DNA from: an uncultured Acidobacteriota bacterium
GTDB lineage: Bacteria; Acidobacteriota; Blastocatellia; RBC074
Direction of reading: 5' to 3'
Assembly (NCBI GenBank): GCA_963796275.1
Contig: CAWCKY010000006.1
Span: forward strand, 1,248,001-1,312,000
DNA: 64,000 nt
A program made the position numbers and the translations under genes. The number at the start of each line of letters is the position of its first letter. The first letter of the stretch is position 1. The notes beneath the pieces are model-generated. The model made no database searches, was not told the DNA's origin, and saw nothing but the letters and a program-made list of their open reading frames with translations. Below, in pieces: positions 40,186-52,095 of this stretch.

Positions 40186-41421
40186 ATGCAAACCCGAGAA
40201 ATCAACATCCCGACATCATCCGTCTCGATGCTGCGCAAGCCCGACCCGTTGGCGGATACGCTGATGACCGTTTCGCTGGGCCCACAACACCCGTCGACGC
40301 ACGGCGTGCTGCGGCTCGAGCTGGTGCTCGACGGCGAGACGGTGGTCAAGGCCACCCCCGACATCGGTTATCTCCATACGGGCATGGAGAAGACGATGGA
40401 GAAGGAGAAGTGGCAGCAGGTCGTAACGATCACCTGCCGGATGGATTATCTCAACTCGATGGGTAACGACCTCGGTTATTGCCTGGCGGTCGAGAAATTG
40501 ATGGACGTCAACCCGCCGAGGCGCGCGCGCGACCTGCGGGTGCTGCTCACCGAACTCAATCGCCTCTCATCGCATCTCGTCTGGTGGGGGACGCACGCGA
40601 TGGATATCGGAGCGATGACGGCCTTCTTCTATGCATTCACCGAGCGCGAGAGGATCCTCGATATCTTCGAATGCGCGGCCGGCGCCCGTTTGCATCAGAG
40701 CTATTTCATCATCGGTGGATGCCGCTATGACGTGCCGGCCAATTTCATTGGCCTGGTCGATGAATTCCTGAGAGGCTTTCCCAAATATCTGAGTGAAGGG
40801 AAGAAGCTCGTCACCGGCAATAAAATATTTCAAAGGCGTACGCAGGGAGTGGGCACGATCTCGAGGGATGATGCGATCAACTGGGGACTTTCCGGACCGT
40901 CGATTCGCGGAAGCGGCGTCAACTGGGATGTTCGGAAGGCGGAGCCGTATTCGGGATATGACACCTACGATTTCAGAGTCCCCGTCTATGACGGATGCGA
41001 TGTCTGGTCGCGTTATCTCGTGCGCATGGATGAAATGGAGGAGAGCTGGAGGATCTGCACGCAGGCTCTCGCTCGTCTCAAAGAACCGGGACCGGTGATC
41101 GCCGATCATCCGAAGCTGAAGCTGCCGGATCGTGAGCTGATGAAACAGCATATCGATGTCATGATTCATCATTTCCTGATCGCCTCGGAAGGATTCACCG
41201 TCCCGATCGGCGAGGTCTACCAGTCGATCGAATCGGCGCGCGGCGAGCTGGGCTATTACATTGTGAGCAACGGTGAAGAACGGCCCTATCGCGTCCGCGT
41301 CCGGGCTCCATCTTACGTCAACCTCTCGGCACTCCCCTCGATGGTCGAGGGCCAGTTGATCGCCGACGTGGTGGCAGTCATCGGCAGCATCGATATTGTT
41401 TTGGGAGATATAGATCGGTAA
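40186..41421 (+). CDS. nuoD: NADH-quinone oxidoreductase subunit D
   Basis: GPQHPSTHGVLRL, IGYLHTG, RMDY, GSIDIVLGDIDR. Confidence 0.97.
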   Translation: MQTREINIPTSSVSMLRKPDPLADTLMTVSLGPQHPSTHGVLRLELVLDGETVVKATPDIGYLHTGMEKTMEKEKWQQVVTITCRMDYLNSMGNDLGYCLAVEKLMDVNPPRRARDLRVLLTELNRLSSHLVWWGTHAMDIGAMTAFFYAFTERERILDIFECAAGARLHQSYFIIGGCRYDVPANFIGLVDEFLRGFPKYLSEGKKLVTGNKIFQRRTQGVGTISRDDAINWGLSGPSIRGSGVNWDVRKAEPYSGYDTYDFRVPVYDGCDVWSRYLVRMDEMEESWRICTQALARLKEPGPVIADHPKLKLPDRELMKQHIDVMIHHFLIASEGFTVPIGEVYQSIESARGELGYYIVSNGEERPYRVRVRAPSYVNLSALPSMVEGQLIADVVAVIGSIDIVLGDIDR

Positions 41422-41493
41422 TCGGTAGTCGGTATTCGGTTTGAAACTCGAACCAGACACCGACAACCGATTACTGGCTACCGACAACCGACA
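41415..41493. repeat. Heptamer inverted-repeat hairpin (TCGGTWR/ACCGACA type) filling the nuoD-nuoE spacer
   Basis: tcggtaa-tcggtag-tcggtat-tcggttt ... accgaca-accgatt-actggct-accgaca-accgaca, directly followed by ATG. Confidence 0.88.
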
Positions 41494-41958
41494 ATGTACA
41501 GCAAAACCAACGAACAGAAACTGGACGAAATTATCTCGCACTATCCGGTCAAACGCTCGGCCATACTTCCGGCCCTCTACATTGCGCAGGAAGAGCATGG
41601 GTACGTAACGGATGACGATATCAAATATCTGGCAAAGCGGCTCGATATGCGCGTCAACGAAGTGGAAGAGGTGGTGACCTTCTACACGATGTATTCGCGC
41701 AAGCCGATCGGCAGACACAAGTTACAAGTCTGCCGCACCGTCTCCTGCATGCTGCTGGGAGCGGAACAGATTACCGAGCACCTCAGCGAGCGGATCGGAT
41801 GCCAGCCGGGCGAAACGACGTCCGACGGCAAGTTCACGCTCATGGAGGTCGAATGTCTCGGTTATTGCGATCTCGCTCCGGTCATGCAGGTCAATTTCGA
41901 TTACCACGAGAAGCTGACCACTAAAGAAGTGGATAAGATCATTGATGGTCTGAAATGA
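41494..41958 (+). CDS. nuoE: NADH-quinone oxidoreductase subunit E
   Basis: TFYTMY, CRTVSC, ECLGYC ([2Fe-2S] N1a). Confidence 0.96.
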   Translation: MYSKTNEQKLDEIISHYPVKRSAILPALYIAQEEHGYVTDDDIKYLAKRLDMRVNEVEEVVTFYTMYSRKPIGRHKLQVCRTVSCMLLGAEQITEHLSERIGCQPGETTSDGKFTLMEVECLGYCDLAPVMQVNFDYHEKLTTKEVDKIIDGLK

Positions 41959-41978
41959 ATGGACAGAGAAGGGAAGGA

Positions 41979-42073
41979 ATTTATCATTTGTCATTTTAGA
42001 TTTGTAATTTGTCATTGAAGATATGCAGCTTCTTCAATGGCAAATTACAAATCTAAAATGACAAATGTAAAAT
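41979..42073. repeat. Heptamer inverted-repeat hairpin (ATTTGTC type) in the nuoE-nuoF spacer
   Basis: atttatcatttgtcattttagatttgtaatttgtcattgaaga ... tcttcaatggcaaattacaaatctaaaatgacaaatgtaaaat. Confidence 0.92.
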
Positions 42074-42076
42074 GAT

Positions 42077-43357
<1,281 letters not shown>

Positions 43358-43412
43358 TCCCCGGATTCTGCCAGGTTTTTGAGGAAACAATGTCATCGGA
43401 GAATACGACACG

Positions 43413-43491
43413 ATCAGCGCCGCGAGCGGCAGCGGGCGAACGACTAGCGAAGTCCGATTGATTGATGTTCGCCATTGCTCGCGCTACTGAT
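43413..43491. repeat. Degenerate REP-like hairpin (same family as 53892-53976) between nuoF and nuoG
   Basis: atcagcgccgcgagcggcagcgggcgaac ... gttcgccattgctcgcgctactgat. Confidence 0.6.
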
Positions 43492-43516
43492 GGTTCGCTT
43501 TTCTATTCGCTTCTTT

Positions 43517-45967
43517 ATGCAAACAGTCAAGATCACGATCAACGGGCAGGAGGTCAGCGCGCCGCAAGGCGAGCTGCTGATCGAGGCGTGCGAGATGAAC
43601 GGCATTTATCTACCGCGCTTCTGCCATTTCAGAGGATTAACGCCGCAGGCTTCGTGCCGGTTGTGCGTCGTTCGCTTGGATAAGCCGAAGAGCCCCAAGC
43701 TGCAGACCGCCTGCACGACGCCGGTCAGTGAAGGGATGATCGTCACGACCAATTCGGAAGAGATCGAGGAGGTCCGGACGGCGATGATCGAATTCCTGCT
43801 CTCGAATCACCCGGTCGATTGTCCGGTCTGTGATCGGGCGGGCGAATGCGAGCTGCAGGATCAGACCTATGGTTTTGGCGAGGATCGGACGCGCTTTCCA
43901 TTCGAGGATAAAGAGAACTATCTCGAGCGGCAGATCTCGCCTTTCATCTATAACGATCCGCAGCGATGCGTCGTTTGCAAGCGCTGCACGCGGGTCTGCG
44001 AAGAGTGGATGGACGAGTTTGCGATCACGACGATCAATCGCGGCTCGCATACGCTCATCAGCTCGTTCAACGGTTGGGTCGAATGCTCGGACTGCGGCAA
44101 CTGCGTCGATGTTTGTCCCACCGGGACGCTGCTGCACGTCCCTTATAAATACATCGCCCGGCCGTGGGATTTGAAGCAGACGCCGACCGTCTGTAATTTC
44201 TGTTCGGACGGCTGTTCGATGCTCGCCGGTACGCGCAGCGAGAAGCTCATCCGCACGGTTGCGCGCGACGGCCGCGGCCGCTCCGCCGGCGGTATCAATC
44301 ACGATTTTCTATGCTCGCTCGGCCGATACACCATCGACTTCGTTCATAGCCGCGCGCGCCTCGAACGACCGATGATCCGGCGCGGCGAGCACCTCGTGCC
44401 GGCGACCTGGGATGAAGCCCTGGGTTACGCCGCGCGCCGGCTCAATGAGATCAAAGAGCAGCACGGGAGCAATTCGATAGGCGTGATCAGCGCCGCGCGG
44501 CTGTTGAATGAGGATCAGTACGCGCTCAGGAAATTCGCCGCCGAAGCGCTCGAAACCGTGCACGCCGACTTCTATCACGACGATGACGAGGTCGACCTGG
44601 AATCCTTCTTTAAATACGGGACGCCTGCAATCGCCACGCAGGAGCACATCCGGAATGCGGATACGATACTGCTCATCGGCTCGGACCCGAACGAAGAGAA
44701 CCCATTGACGGCGTTTTCGATACGCTGGGCGGTCAGGCAGAAGGCGGCGCAACTTTATCTCGTCAATTCGGTGCCATCGCGGTTGGAGCGGCAGGCTCAG
44801 ATTTCCATCGCTGCGCGTGAGGGGAGCGAGAGCGCAATCGTTTATGCGCTTTTGGATGAATCGAAGATCGGCGAGGCGGCCGATGCGATGGGCGCATCCG
44901 CCGATGACATTCGCGCCATCCGCCGCGCCGTCAGCGAGAGCGGTAAAGTCGTGGTGATCTTCGGAGACGAGTTGAGAGGCGCAGCGCTCGAAGCGCTCTC
45001 TCTCTTCGAAGGAGCGCTCGCCACTCCCGGTGCGGGCGTCGCGGAGTCGGCCAGGAAGGCGCACATCGACGCGCTCGAGCGTCAAGTGCGCTCATCGAAC
45101 TCGACGCAGAAGCCCGCGATCAATGAGAACCCGTATACATACATAGTAGAGCATCCGACGCTAGAGGTCGGAGCGGACCCGGTCCGTTCGGATACGAAGT
45201 TCTCGTTCGTGCCTCTGGTGCGATACGCGAACACGATGGGCGCCTGGCAGATGGGAATGGATAGCGCGCTTGCCGGCGGAATGGGTGCGCTGGCGATGCT
45301 CAATTCCGCGGGCGGCGGCATCAAGGCGCTCTATGTCGCGGGAGAAGACGTGGTGGCGAAGGCTAACGGCGATGCCAGGCTGATCAGGTCGCAGCTTGAA
45401 AAACTCGAGTTTCTGGTGGTTCAGGATATGTTCCTGACAGACGCGGCCCTTTATGCCGATGTGGTCTTCCCGGTGACGAGTTTCGCTGAATCTCAGGGCA
45501 CGCAGGTCAACAACGGTTCGCAGATTCAATTCGTTCGCCGTTCGATACCGCCGGTGGGCCAGTCGCGCCCCGACTGGATGGTCTTGAACTCGATGGCCAA
45601 GTTGATGGGCAGCGACTTCGGATACCAGGGCCAGCTCAAGCATATCTTCAAAGAGATCTCGGAGAAGGTCGATGGTTACGCGGGTTTGTCGCATAACCTG
45701 CTGGCCAATGAAGGGGCGGTGGTGATCAAGCGCGCCCGACCCGATGTCCTCCAGATCGACGCGGCCGAACTGATGGGACGGCTGGCGACCCAGGTGGAGC
45801 GCATCAATAGAAGTATCCCCGTTGGCAGCTTCGAGGTAACCCAGAAAGCCGGAGCGCGATTACAAAAGCGCTATCCTATGATCACTCGTTTCTCGGAGAT
45901 GATCACACCGAATCTGCCCCAGGAGGCTCAGGCGGAGACGCCAGCGCCTGTGATCTTTCCGGCATAA
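43517..45967 (+). CDS. nuoG: NADH-quinone oxidoreductase subunit G
   Basis: PRFCH..CRLC..TAC, HPVDCPVCDRAGECELQD, CVVCKRCTRVC, CSDCGNCVDVCP, CNFCSDGC; start codon uncertain. Confidence 0.93.
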   Translation: MQTVKITINGQEVSAPQGELLIEACEMNGIYLPRFCHFRGLTPQASCRLCVVRLDKPKSPKLQTACTTPVSEGMIVTTNSEEIEEVRTAMIEFLLSNHPVDCPVCDRAGECELQDQTYGFGEDRTRFPFEDKENYLERQISPFIYNDPQRCVVCKRCTRVCEEWMDEFAITTINRGSHTLISSFNGWVECSDCGNCVDVCPTGTLLHVPYKYIARPWDLKQTPTVCNFCSDGCSMLAGTRSEKLIRTVARDGRGRSAGGINHDFLCSLGRYTIDFVHSRARLERPMIRRGEHLVPATWDEALGYAARRLNEIKEQHGSNSIGVISAARLLNEDQYALRKFAAEALETVHADFYHDDDEVDLESFFKYGTPAIATQEHIRNADTILLIGSDPNEENPLTAFSIRWAVRQKAAQLYLVNSVPSRLERQAQISIAAREGSESAIVYALLDESKIGEAADAMGASADDIRAIRRAVSESGKVVVIFGDELRGAALEALSLFEGALATPGAGVAESARKAHIDALERQVRSSNSTQKPAINENPYTYIVEHPTLEVGADPVRSDTKFSFVPLVRYANTMGAWQMGMDSALAGGMGALAMLNSAGGGIKALYVAGEDVVAKANGDARLIRSQLEKLEFLVVQDMFLTDAALYADVVFPVTSFAESQGTQVNNGSQIQFVRRSIPPVGQSRPDWMVLNSMAKLMGSDFGYQGQLKHIFKEISEKVDGYAGLSHNLLANEGAVVIKRARPDVLQIDAAELMGRLATQVERINRSIPVGSFEVTQKAGARLQKRYPMITRFSEMITPNLPQEAQAETPAPVIFPA

Positions 45968-46000
45968 GCCGTGTATTGGAGAGATGAAGAGAGAATACCT

Positions 46001-46081
46001 ATTACATTTGATATTTTAGATTCGATATTTGTCATTGGAAGAATCAAGGACAAATGTCAAATCTAAAATGTCAAATGTAAT
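46001..46081. repeat. Heptamer inverted-repeat hairpin (ATTTGAY/ATTTTAG type) in the nuoG-nuoH spacer
   Basis: attacatttgatattttagattcgatatttgtc ... gacaaatgtcaaatctaaaatgtcaaatgtaat. Confidence 0.9.
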
Positions 46082-46127
46082 ATGATCTGCTTCTGTGGCT
46101 ACTCATATATTCTCTCCACCTAAATTT

Positions 46128-47180
46128 ATGTCATCATTATTACAATCGATCGATTTAAAATTCATCATTGAAGCGCTGATCAAGATTGCGATTGTTTTCG
46201 TCATCGGATTGCTCTCGCCTGTCTCGATGAACTGGGTTGAACGAAGAGCGCTGGCCCTCATGCAGAACCGCCTGGGTCCGAATCGCGTCGGGCCATATGG
46301 ATTGCTACAGTCGGTTGCAGACGGTATCAAGTTTCTCTTCAAGGAAGACATCATCCCGCTGGCCGTCAACAAATGGCTCTATATCCTGGCGCCCGTTGTT
46401 GCGGTGATCCCGGCTTTTATGGTGGGAATCGTCTATCCATTCGGCCCGGAGGTCAATCTCCCGTTCATCGGTCCGACGAAACTCTACGTCACCAGTTTCA
46501 ATATCGGCCTGCTCTATGTTCTGGCGATGACGAGCCTGGGAATCTACGGAATAGTGCTGGGCGGCTGGGCATCCAATTCGAAATACAGTCTGCTCGGAGG
46601 ACTCCGCTCATCGGCGCAGATGATCAGTTATGAGCTCTCACTCTCGCTTTCGCTTATCGCAATAGTGCTCCAGGCCGGAACGTTGGACTTGGTCAAAATC
46701 GTCGAAGGGCAGTCGGGATGGGGCGGTTTTAAATGGAACGTCATCGCACTCTTTCCCGCGGGACTTTTCGCTTTCATCATCTATTTGATTAGCGCGATAG
46801 CCGAAACCAACCGCATACCTTTCGACCTGCCGGAAGCGGAGACGGAGCTTGTGGCCGGCTTCCATACCGAGTACAGCAGTTCATTGAAGTTCGCCATGTT
46901 CTTCATGGCCGAGTACGTGAATATGCTCACCGTCTCGATTTTGGCGACGGTCCTCTTTCTCGGCGGGTGGAACGGGCCGTTCGTGCGCGACTATCCGCTG
47001 CTCGGTCCGCTCTATCTGTTCATCAAAGTCTTCTTCTTCATGTTCCTCTATATCTGGTTGCGCGGCACGTTACCGCGCTTCCGCTATGATCAGTTGATGA
47101 ATTTCGGCTGGAAATTTCTGCTTCCGGCTGCGCTCTTCAATATAGTGCTCGCGGCAGTGATAGGCATTTTGGTCTATTGA
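46128..47180 (+). CDS. nuoH: NADH-quinone oxidoreductase subunit H
   Basis: ERR...[59 protein letters not shown]; alternative GTG start at 46095. Confidence 0.96.
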   Translation: MSSLLQSIDLKFIIEALIKIAIVFVIGLLSPVSMNWVERRALALMQNRLGPNRVGPYGLLQSVADGIKFLFKEDIIPLAVNKWLYILAPVVAVIPAFMVGIVYPFGPEVNLPFIGPTKLYVTSFNIGLLYVLAMTSLGIYGIVLGGWASNSKYSLLGGLRSSAQMISYELSLSLSLIAIVLQAGTLDLVKIVEGQSGWGGFKWNVIALFPAGLFAFIIYLISAIAETNRIPFDLPEAETELVAGFHTEYSSSLKFAMFFMAEYVNMLTVSILATVLFLGGWNGPFVRDYPLLGPLYLFIKVFFFMFLYIWLRGTLPRFRYDQLMNFGWKFLLPAALFNIVLAAVIGILVY

Positions 47181-47191
47181 TCGGAGCTTTT

Positions 47192-47806
47192 ATGGATTTT
47201 GTGCAAATCATATTTCTGGGTCTGGCGGCATTGGCCGTGGTTGCGGCTTTCAACGTCATCCTGCAGCGCAACCCGATCTACAGCGCCATCGGCCTGATAG
47301 TCGTCCTCTGCACATTGGCTGCGCTCTTTCTCCTGCTTTACGCGCAATTCATCGCGGCGATCCAGATCATCGTCTATGCGGGGGCGATTATGGTGCTCTT
47401 CGTTTTCGTAATCATGCTGCTCAATGTGCGCGAAGAGGAGTCGAAGACCGACCGGCAGAAGTACCTGAAATGGCTGGCTCCGCCTCTCTTTCTGGCGCTG
47501 CTCGCCGAGGTCTTCGCCGCCATTCGGATCGTCGATAGCGCTCCGGCTACGGCTAACCTGGCTCCAGCTCCCACCTCGCTCGGCACCGTCGAATCGATAG
47601 CCGGCCAGATGTTCACCAGGTATGTCCTGCCGTTCGAAGCCGTCTCCGTGCTCATCTTGATGGCGATCGTCGGCTCGGTGCTGTTGGCGAAGCGCGAGAG
47701 AAAAGAAGACATCGAGCGAATCGAGCAGGCCCTGGCCGCTGAGCAGGCTGACATGCTGGCGACTCGCCAGAGTGCCGAAAAATCGAAGGAGGAGGTGGCT
47801 GCATAG
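47192..47806 (+). CDS. nuoJ: NADH-quinone oxidoreductase subunit J
   Basis: NPIYSA, QIIVYAGAIMVLFVFVIMLL, YVLPFE. Confidence 0.95.
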   Translation: MDFVQIIFLGLAALAVVAAFNVILQRNPIYSAIGLIVVLCTLAALFLLLYAQFIAAIQIIVYAGAIMVLFVFVIMLLNVREEESKTDRQKYLKWLAPPLFLALLAEVFAAIRIVDSAPATANLAPAPTSLGTVESIAGQMFTRYVLPFEAVSVLILMAIVGSVLLAKRERKEDIERIEQALAAEQADMLATRQSAEKSKEEVAA

Positions 47807-47867
47807 GGAGAGCTGTGCGCAGTTCGTTTGAGGGAATGAGGTTCGCTTGAGCCGAGGCAAAGAGGAG

Positions 47868-47971
47868 ATTTAAATTTATCATTTTAGATTTTACATTTTA
47901 AATTTGTCATTGAGGATGCACGCTTCGCTGAGTCGATGACAAATTACAAGTTTAAAATGGCAAATTTAAAA
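47868..47971. repeat. Heptamer inverted-repeat hairpin (ATTTTAG/ATTTGTC type) in the nuoJ-nuoK spacer, inside a larger stem
   Basis: atttaaatttatcattttagattttacattttaaatttgtcat ... atgacaaattacaagtttaaaatggcaaatttaaaat; outer pairs gcttgagc/gctcaagc and agctgt/acagct. Confidence 0.85.
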
Positions 47972-48034
47972 TTTCTCCCCTTTCGCTCAAGCCAATTCCG
48001 ATGCAAACAGCTTACCGCCGGCGGCTGATAAATT

Positions 48035-48337
<303 letters not shown>

Positions 48338-48339
48338 AT

Positions 48340-50436
48340 ATGCTCAAATGGATCACCCTGGCGCCGTTGATCGGCGCTTTCATCAATGGATTTTTCGGTA
48401 AGCGGATAATGATAGCGCTCGGCCGGGAGGCGTCAGAGAAGATCATCGGCTTGATCGCTTGCGTTTCCGTGGCGGTCTCCGCCTCGCTCGCTTTCCTGGT
48501 CTTCTTCGGCAGGGATTGGCCGGTAGTCAGTGGCAAACCGCAGATCACAGAACATTTCTTCACTTGGCTCGAGGTTGGAGGTTTCCGCGCAGATTTCGCC
48601 TACCTGTTGGATCCGCTTTCCGGACTCTACATTCTGTTCATAACGGGCGTCGGATTGCTGATTCACATATACGCGGTCGGCTACATGCACGGTGATCCGG
48701 GTTTCTACAGGTTCTTCGCCTACCTCAATCTGTTCATGTTTATGATGCTGACGCTGGTGCTGGCCGATAACCTGTTGCTTCTGTTCGTCGGCTGGGAGGG
48801 CGTCGGTCTCTGCTCCTATCTGTTGATCGGTTATTACATCCGGCGCGAAAACGCGGGCGATGCCGCCAAGAAGGCATTCATTATGAACCGCGTCGGCGAT
48901 TTCGGTTATATGATCGGGATGTTCCTGGTCTTCGTGACCTTCGGCTCCATCAGTTTCGTTGAGAAGAACGGCGTGCCTGGGTTCCTCGAACAGGTAGCGA
49001 GCCGGCCGGTCGAGGCATTTGGCGCTCTCGGAGTCATGACCGGAATAACGTTGCTGCTCTTCGTCGGTGCGACGGGGAAATCGGCTCAAATACCGCTTTA
49101 CACCTGGTTGCCCGACGCAATGGCGGGGCCGACGCCGGTCTCCGCATTGATCCACGCGGCCACGATGGTCACCGCGGGCGTATATCTGATCGCTCGTTGC
49201 AGCGCGGTTGTGGTGAAATCGCCCACCGCCATGCTTGTGATTGCTCTGGTGGGCGGGGCGACGGCGCTCATCGCCGCGACGATTGGCCTGGCGCAAAGCG
49301 ATATCAAGAAGGTCCTCGCCTATTCGACCATCTCGCAGCTCGGCTTTATGTTTCTCGCTTGCGGGGCCGGCGCCTTCATCGCCGGAATATTCCACGTCAT
49401 GACGCACGCTTTCTTCAAGGCGCTCCTCTTTCTCGGGTCCGGCTCGGTCATCCACGGGATGGGAGAGGAGCAGGACATCCGCAAGATGGGCGGGTTGAGG
49501 AAATATATGCCGATCACATTTGTCACGATGTTCATCGGCTGGTTGGCGATCAGCGGCGTTCCCCTGTTTTCAGGCTTCTTCAGCAAAGACGAGATACTAT
49601 GGCGCACCTGGTCGTCAGAGGCTTTGCCGCACGGATGGGGCAAGTGGTTATGGGGCGTAGCCTGGATCACTGCCGGGCTGACGGCGGTTTACATGACCAG
49701 AATGATGGTATTGACTTTCTGGGGCAGAGAGCGATTCAACAACGATCAGAAGCACGAACATGAGTCCGCCGCCCACGGGCATCACGGGAAGCCGCACGAA
49801 TCTCCCGCGCTGATGTGGGTCCCGCTGGTCATCCTGGCGATCTTATCGATCTTCGGCGGTTATGTCGGAGTATCTCCTGCGCTCAGCGGTTTCGTCGGCA
49901 TTCACGTAGAGAACAAAATAGAGCACTTCCTGGAACCGGCGATTTCACAATTCAAAGGGGAAAGCTCGGGCACCGAAACGGGCGGCGGGGCGCGGAATTC
50001 AGAATTGCAGGCCGCTGCGCCGGCGGCCGTGGCACAGGAAGCGACGCACGAGGGCGGGCATAATACCCATCTGGAACTTACCTTCACCTTGCTTTCAATC
50101 ACCATCGCGATCATCGGCATCCTCTACAGCTTCCGGTACTTCGATCGGAATCCGCTCTGGAAGCCTCCGCGCATTCTGGAGGAGAAATACAATGTCGATG
50201 AATTCTACGATGCAACCGTCGTCAACCCGATCGAACAGACATCGCGCCATGTCCTCTGGAAATTTATTGACGTCAAGGTCATCGATGGATTCGTGAATTT
50301 GATCCCGCGCGCCTTTGCCGGATTGGCCGACGCGATGCGCTATATGCAGACGGGCTACGCGCGCAATTACGCGGCTGTGATCTTGATCGGTGCGATCCTG
50401 GTCATCGCTTACTTCGGATATATCGCGATGCGTTAG
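48340..50436 (+). CDS. nuoL: NADH-quinone oxidoreductase subunit L
   Basis: GWEGVGLCSYLLIG, GKSAQIPLYTWLPDAMAGPTPVSALIHAATMV, HAFFKALLFL. Confidence 0.97.
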   Translation: MLKWITLAPLIGAFINGFFGKRIMIALGREASEKIIGLIACVSVAVSASLAFLVFFGRDWPVVSGKPQITEHFFTWLEVGGFRADFAYLLDPLSGLYILFITGVGLLIHIYAVGYMHGDPGFYRFFAYLNLFMFMMLTLVLADNLLLLFVGWEGVGLCSYLLIGYYIRRENAGDAAKKAFIMNRVGDFGYMIGMFLVFVTFGSISFVEKNGVPGFLEQVASRPVEAFGALGVMTGITLLLFVGATGKSAQIPLYTWLPDAMAGPTPVSALIHAATMVTAGVYLIARCSAVVVKSPTAMLVIALVGGATALIAATIGLAQSDIKKVLAYSTISQLGFMFLACGAGAFIAGIFHVMTHAFFKALLFLGSGSVIHGMGEEQDIRKMGGLRKYMPITFVTMFIGWLAISGVPLFSGFFSKDEILWRTWSSEALPHGWGKWLWGVAWITAGLTAVYMTRMMVLTFWGRERFNNDQKHEHESAAHGHHGKPHESPALMWVPLVILAILSIFGGYVGVSPALSGFVGIHVENKIEHFLEPAISQFKGESSGTETGGGARNSELQAAAPAAVAQEATHEGGHNTHLELTFTLLSITIAIIGILYSFRYFDRNPLWKPPRILEEKYNVDEFYDATVVNPIEQTSRHVLWKFIDVKVIDGFVNLIPRAFAGLADAMRYMQTGYARNYAAVILIGAILVIAYFGYIAMR

Positions 50437-50461
50437 GTCGGTGCATCAATCGTTAACAGAT

Positions 50462-52003
50462 ATGAATATCGTCACAATTACAACTTTTCTGCCGCTGGCC
50501 GGCGCCGTCATATTGTTGCTGCACAGTTTTTTCTGGCCAGCGCAGGGGACACCGAAAGAAAGTTTCGATAAACATTATCGGTGGATAACCCTCTTCTTCA
50601 CGGTGTTGACCTTCATCGTCTCGCTCTCGCTCGTGGCCGGTTTCGACAGAGCTGAGTCCGCGCCGCAGCTGACACAAAAGACCGCGTGGATCACGGCTCT
50701 CGGCGTCAGCTATTTTGTCGGAGTCGACGGGATCAGCATCTGGCTGGTGCTGCTTACTACGTTTCTCATGCCGATATCGATCCTCGCGAGTTGGCATATA
50801 AAGAAGCGCGTACGCGAATACATGCTCTTCATGCTTATCCTCGAGACGGGGATGATCGGGGTCTTCGTATCCTTCGATATGTTCCTGTTCTATCTCTTCT
50901 TCGAGATAACGCTGATCCCGATGTATTTTCTGATCGGGGTCTGGGGATACGACCGGAGAATATACGCGGCGATCAAGTTCTTTCTCTACACGGTTGTCGG
51001 CAGTCTGTTGATGTTGATCGGGATTATCGCGGTTTATATCTACGCCGGCGGCGATACGTTCGACATTACCGAAATCACGAGGCGACTGGCGGCGGACCCG
51101 GCCCTGATACCGGCCAACATGAAGTTCTGGCTGTGGCTGGCGTTCGCTTTCGCATTCTTCATCAAAGTCCCGCTCTTTCCCTTGCACACGTGGCTGCCTG
51201 ATGCGCACGTCGAAGCGCCCACCGCCGGTTCGATCATCCTGGCCGGCATACTGCTCAAGCTGGGCACTTATGGACTGATGCGGTTCAACCTGCAGTTCTT
51301 TCCCGATGTCTCGTACCAGGTTGCGCCCTATGTAATGATCTTCGCCGTGGTGGGAATCATATATGGCGCCCTGGTGGCGATGGTGCAGCCTGATATGAAG
51401 AAGCTGGTGGCATATTCGTCAGTCAGCCACCTCGGCTTCGTCGTCATGGGCATCTTCGCTTTTACAGAAATGTCGATGCAGGGTGCGCTCTATCAGATGA
51501 TCAATCACGGCATCTCGTCAGGCGCGCTCTTTTTGTGCGTCGGGTTGCTTTCCGACCGGCGTCATACGCGCGAGATCGCGGAGTATGGGGGGATCGCAAT
51601 GCCGATGCCGCAGTATTCGACGATGTTCACGATCATCACGCTCTCGAGCCTCGGCTTGCCGCTGCTCAATGGATTCATAGGCGAGTTTTTGATTCTCCTC
51701 GGCACATTCTCTTCTACGGTCCCGCACGCGCGAATCTTCGCCATAATCGGCGCGAGCGGCGTAATTTTATCCGCTGTATATTTGTTGTGGATGTTACAGC
51801 GCGTGATCTTCGGCGAGATATCGAAGAGAGAGAATGTTGGGCTGACCGATATGGATTTGCGTGAGAAGTTCGCGCTCGTGCCGTTGGTCGCGATTGCGAT
51901 CTTTATGGGCATCGCCCCGATGCTCTTCCTGCGCACGTCCGAGAAATCCATCAATAGCGTAAGGCAGGGGATTGAAGCCAAGATTCTCAAGGCGGCGAAA
52001 TAG
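50462..52003 (+). CDS. nuoM: NADH-quinone oxidoreductase subunit M
   Basis: GVDGIS, KVPLFPLHTWLPDAHVEAPT, LLKLGTYG, AYSSVSHLG. Confidence 0.97.
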   Translation: MNIVTITTFLPLAGAVILLLHSFFWPAQGTPKESFDKHYRWITLFFTVLTFIVSLSLVAGFDRAESAPQLTQKTAWITALGVSYFVGVDGISIWLVLLTTFLMPISILASWHIKKRVREYMLFMLILETGMIGVFVSFDMFLFYLFFEITLIPMYFLIGVWGYDRRIYAAIKFFLYTVVGSLLMLIGIIAVYIYAGGDTFDITEITRRLAADPALIPANMKFWLWLAFAFAFFIKVPLFPLHTWLPDAHVEAPTAGSIILAGILLKLGTYGLMRFNLQFFPDVSYQVAPYVMIFAVVGIIYGALVAMVQPDMKKLVAYSSVSHLGFVVMGIFAFTEMSMQGALYQMINHGISSGALFLCVGLLSDRRHTREIAEYGGIAMPMPQYSTMFTIITLSSLGLPLLNGFIGEFLILLGTFSSTVPHARIFAIIGASGVILSAVYLLWMLQRVIFGEISKRENVGLTDMDLREKFALVPLVAIAIFMGIAPMLFLRTSEKSINSVRQGIEAKILKAAK

Positions 52004-52095
52004 ATCTCACGTCGCAGCGTTGGCAGCGATTTCCGCCGAAGATGCGAAGACACGAAATACATCGAAAGATTGCTGGGCGTGTTTTAAAGTTCCTT

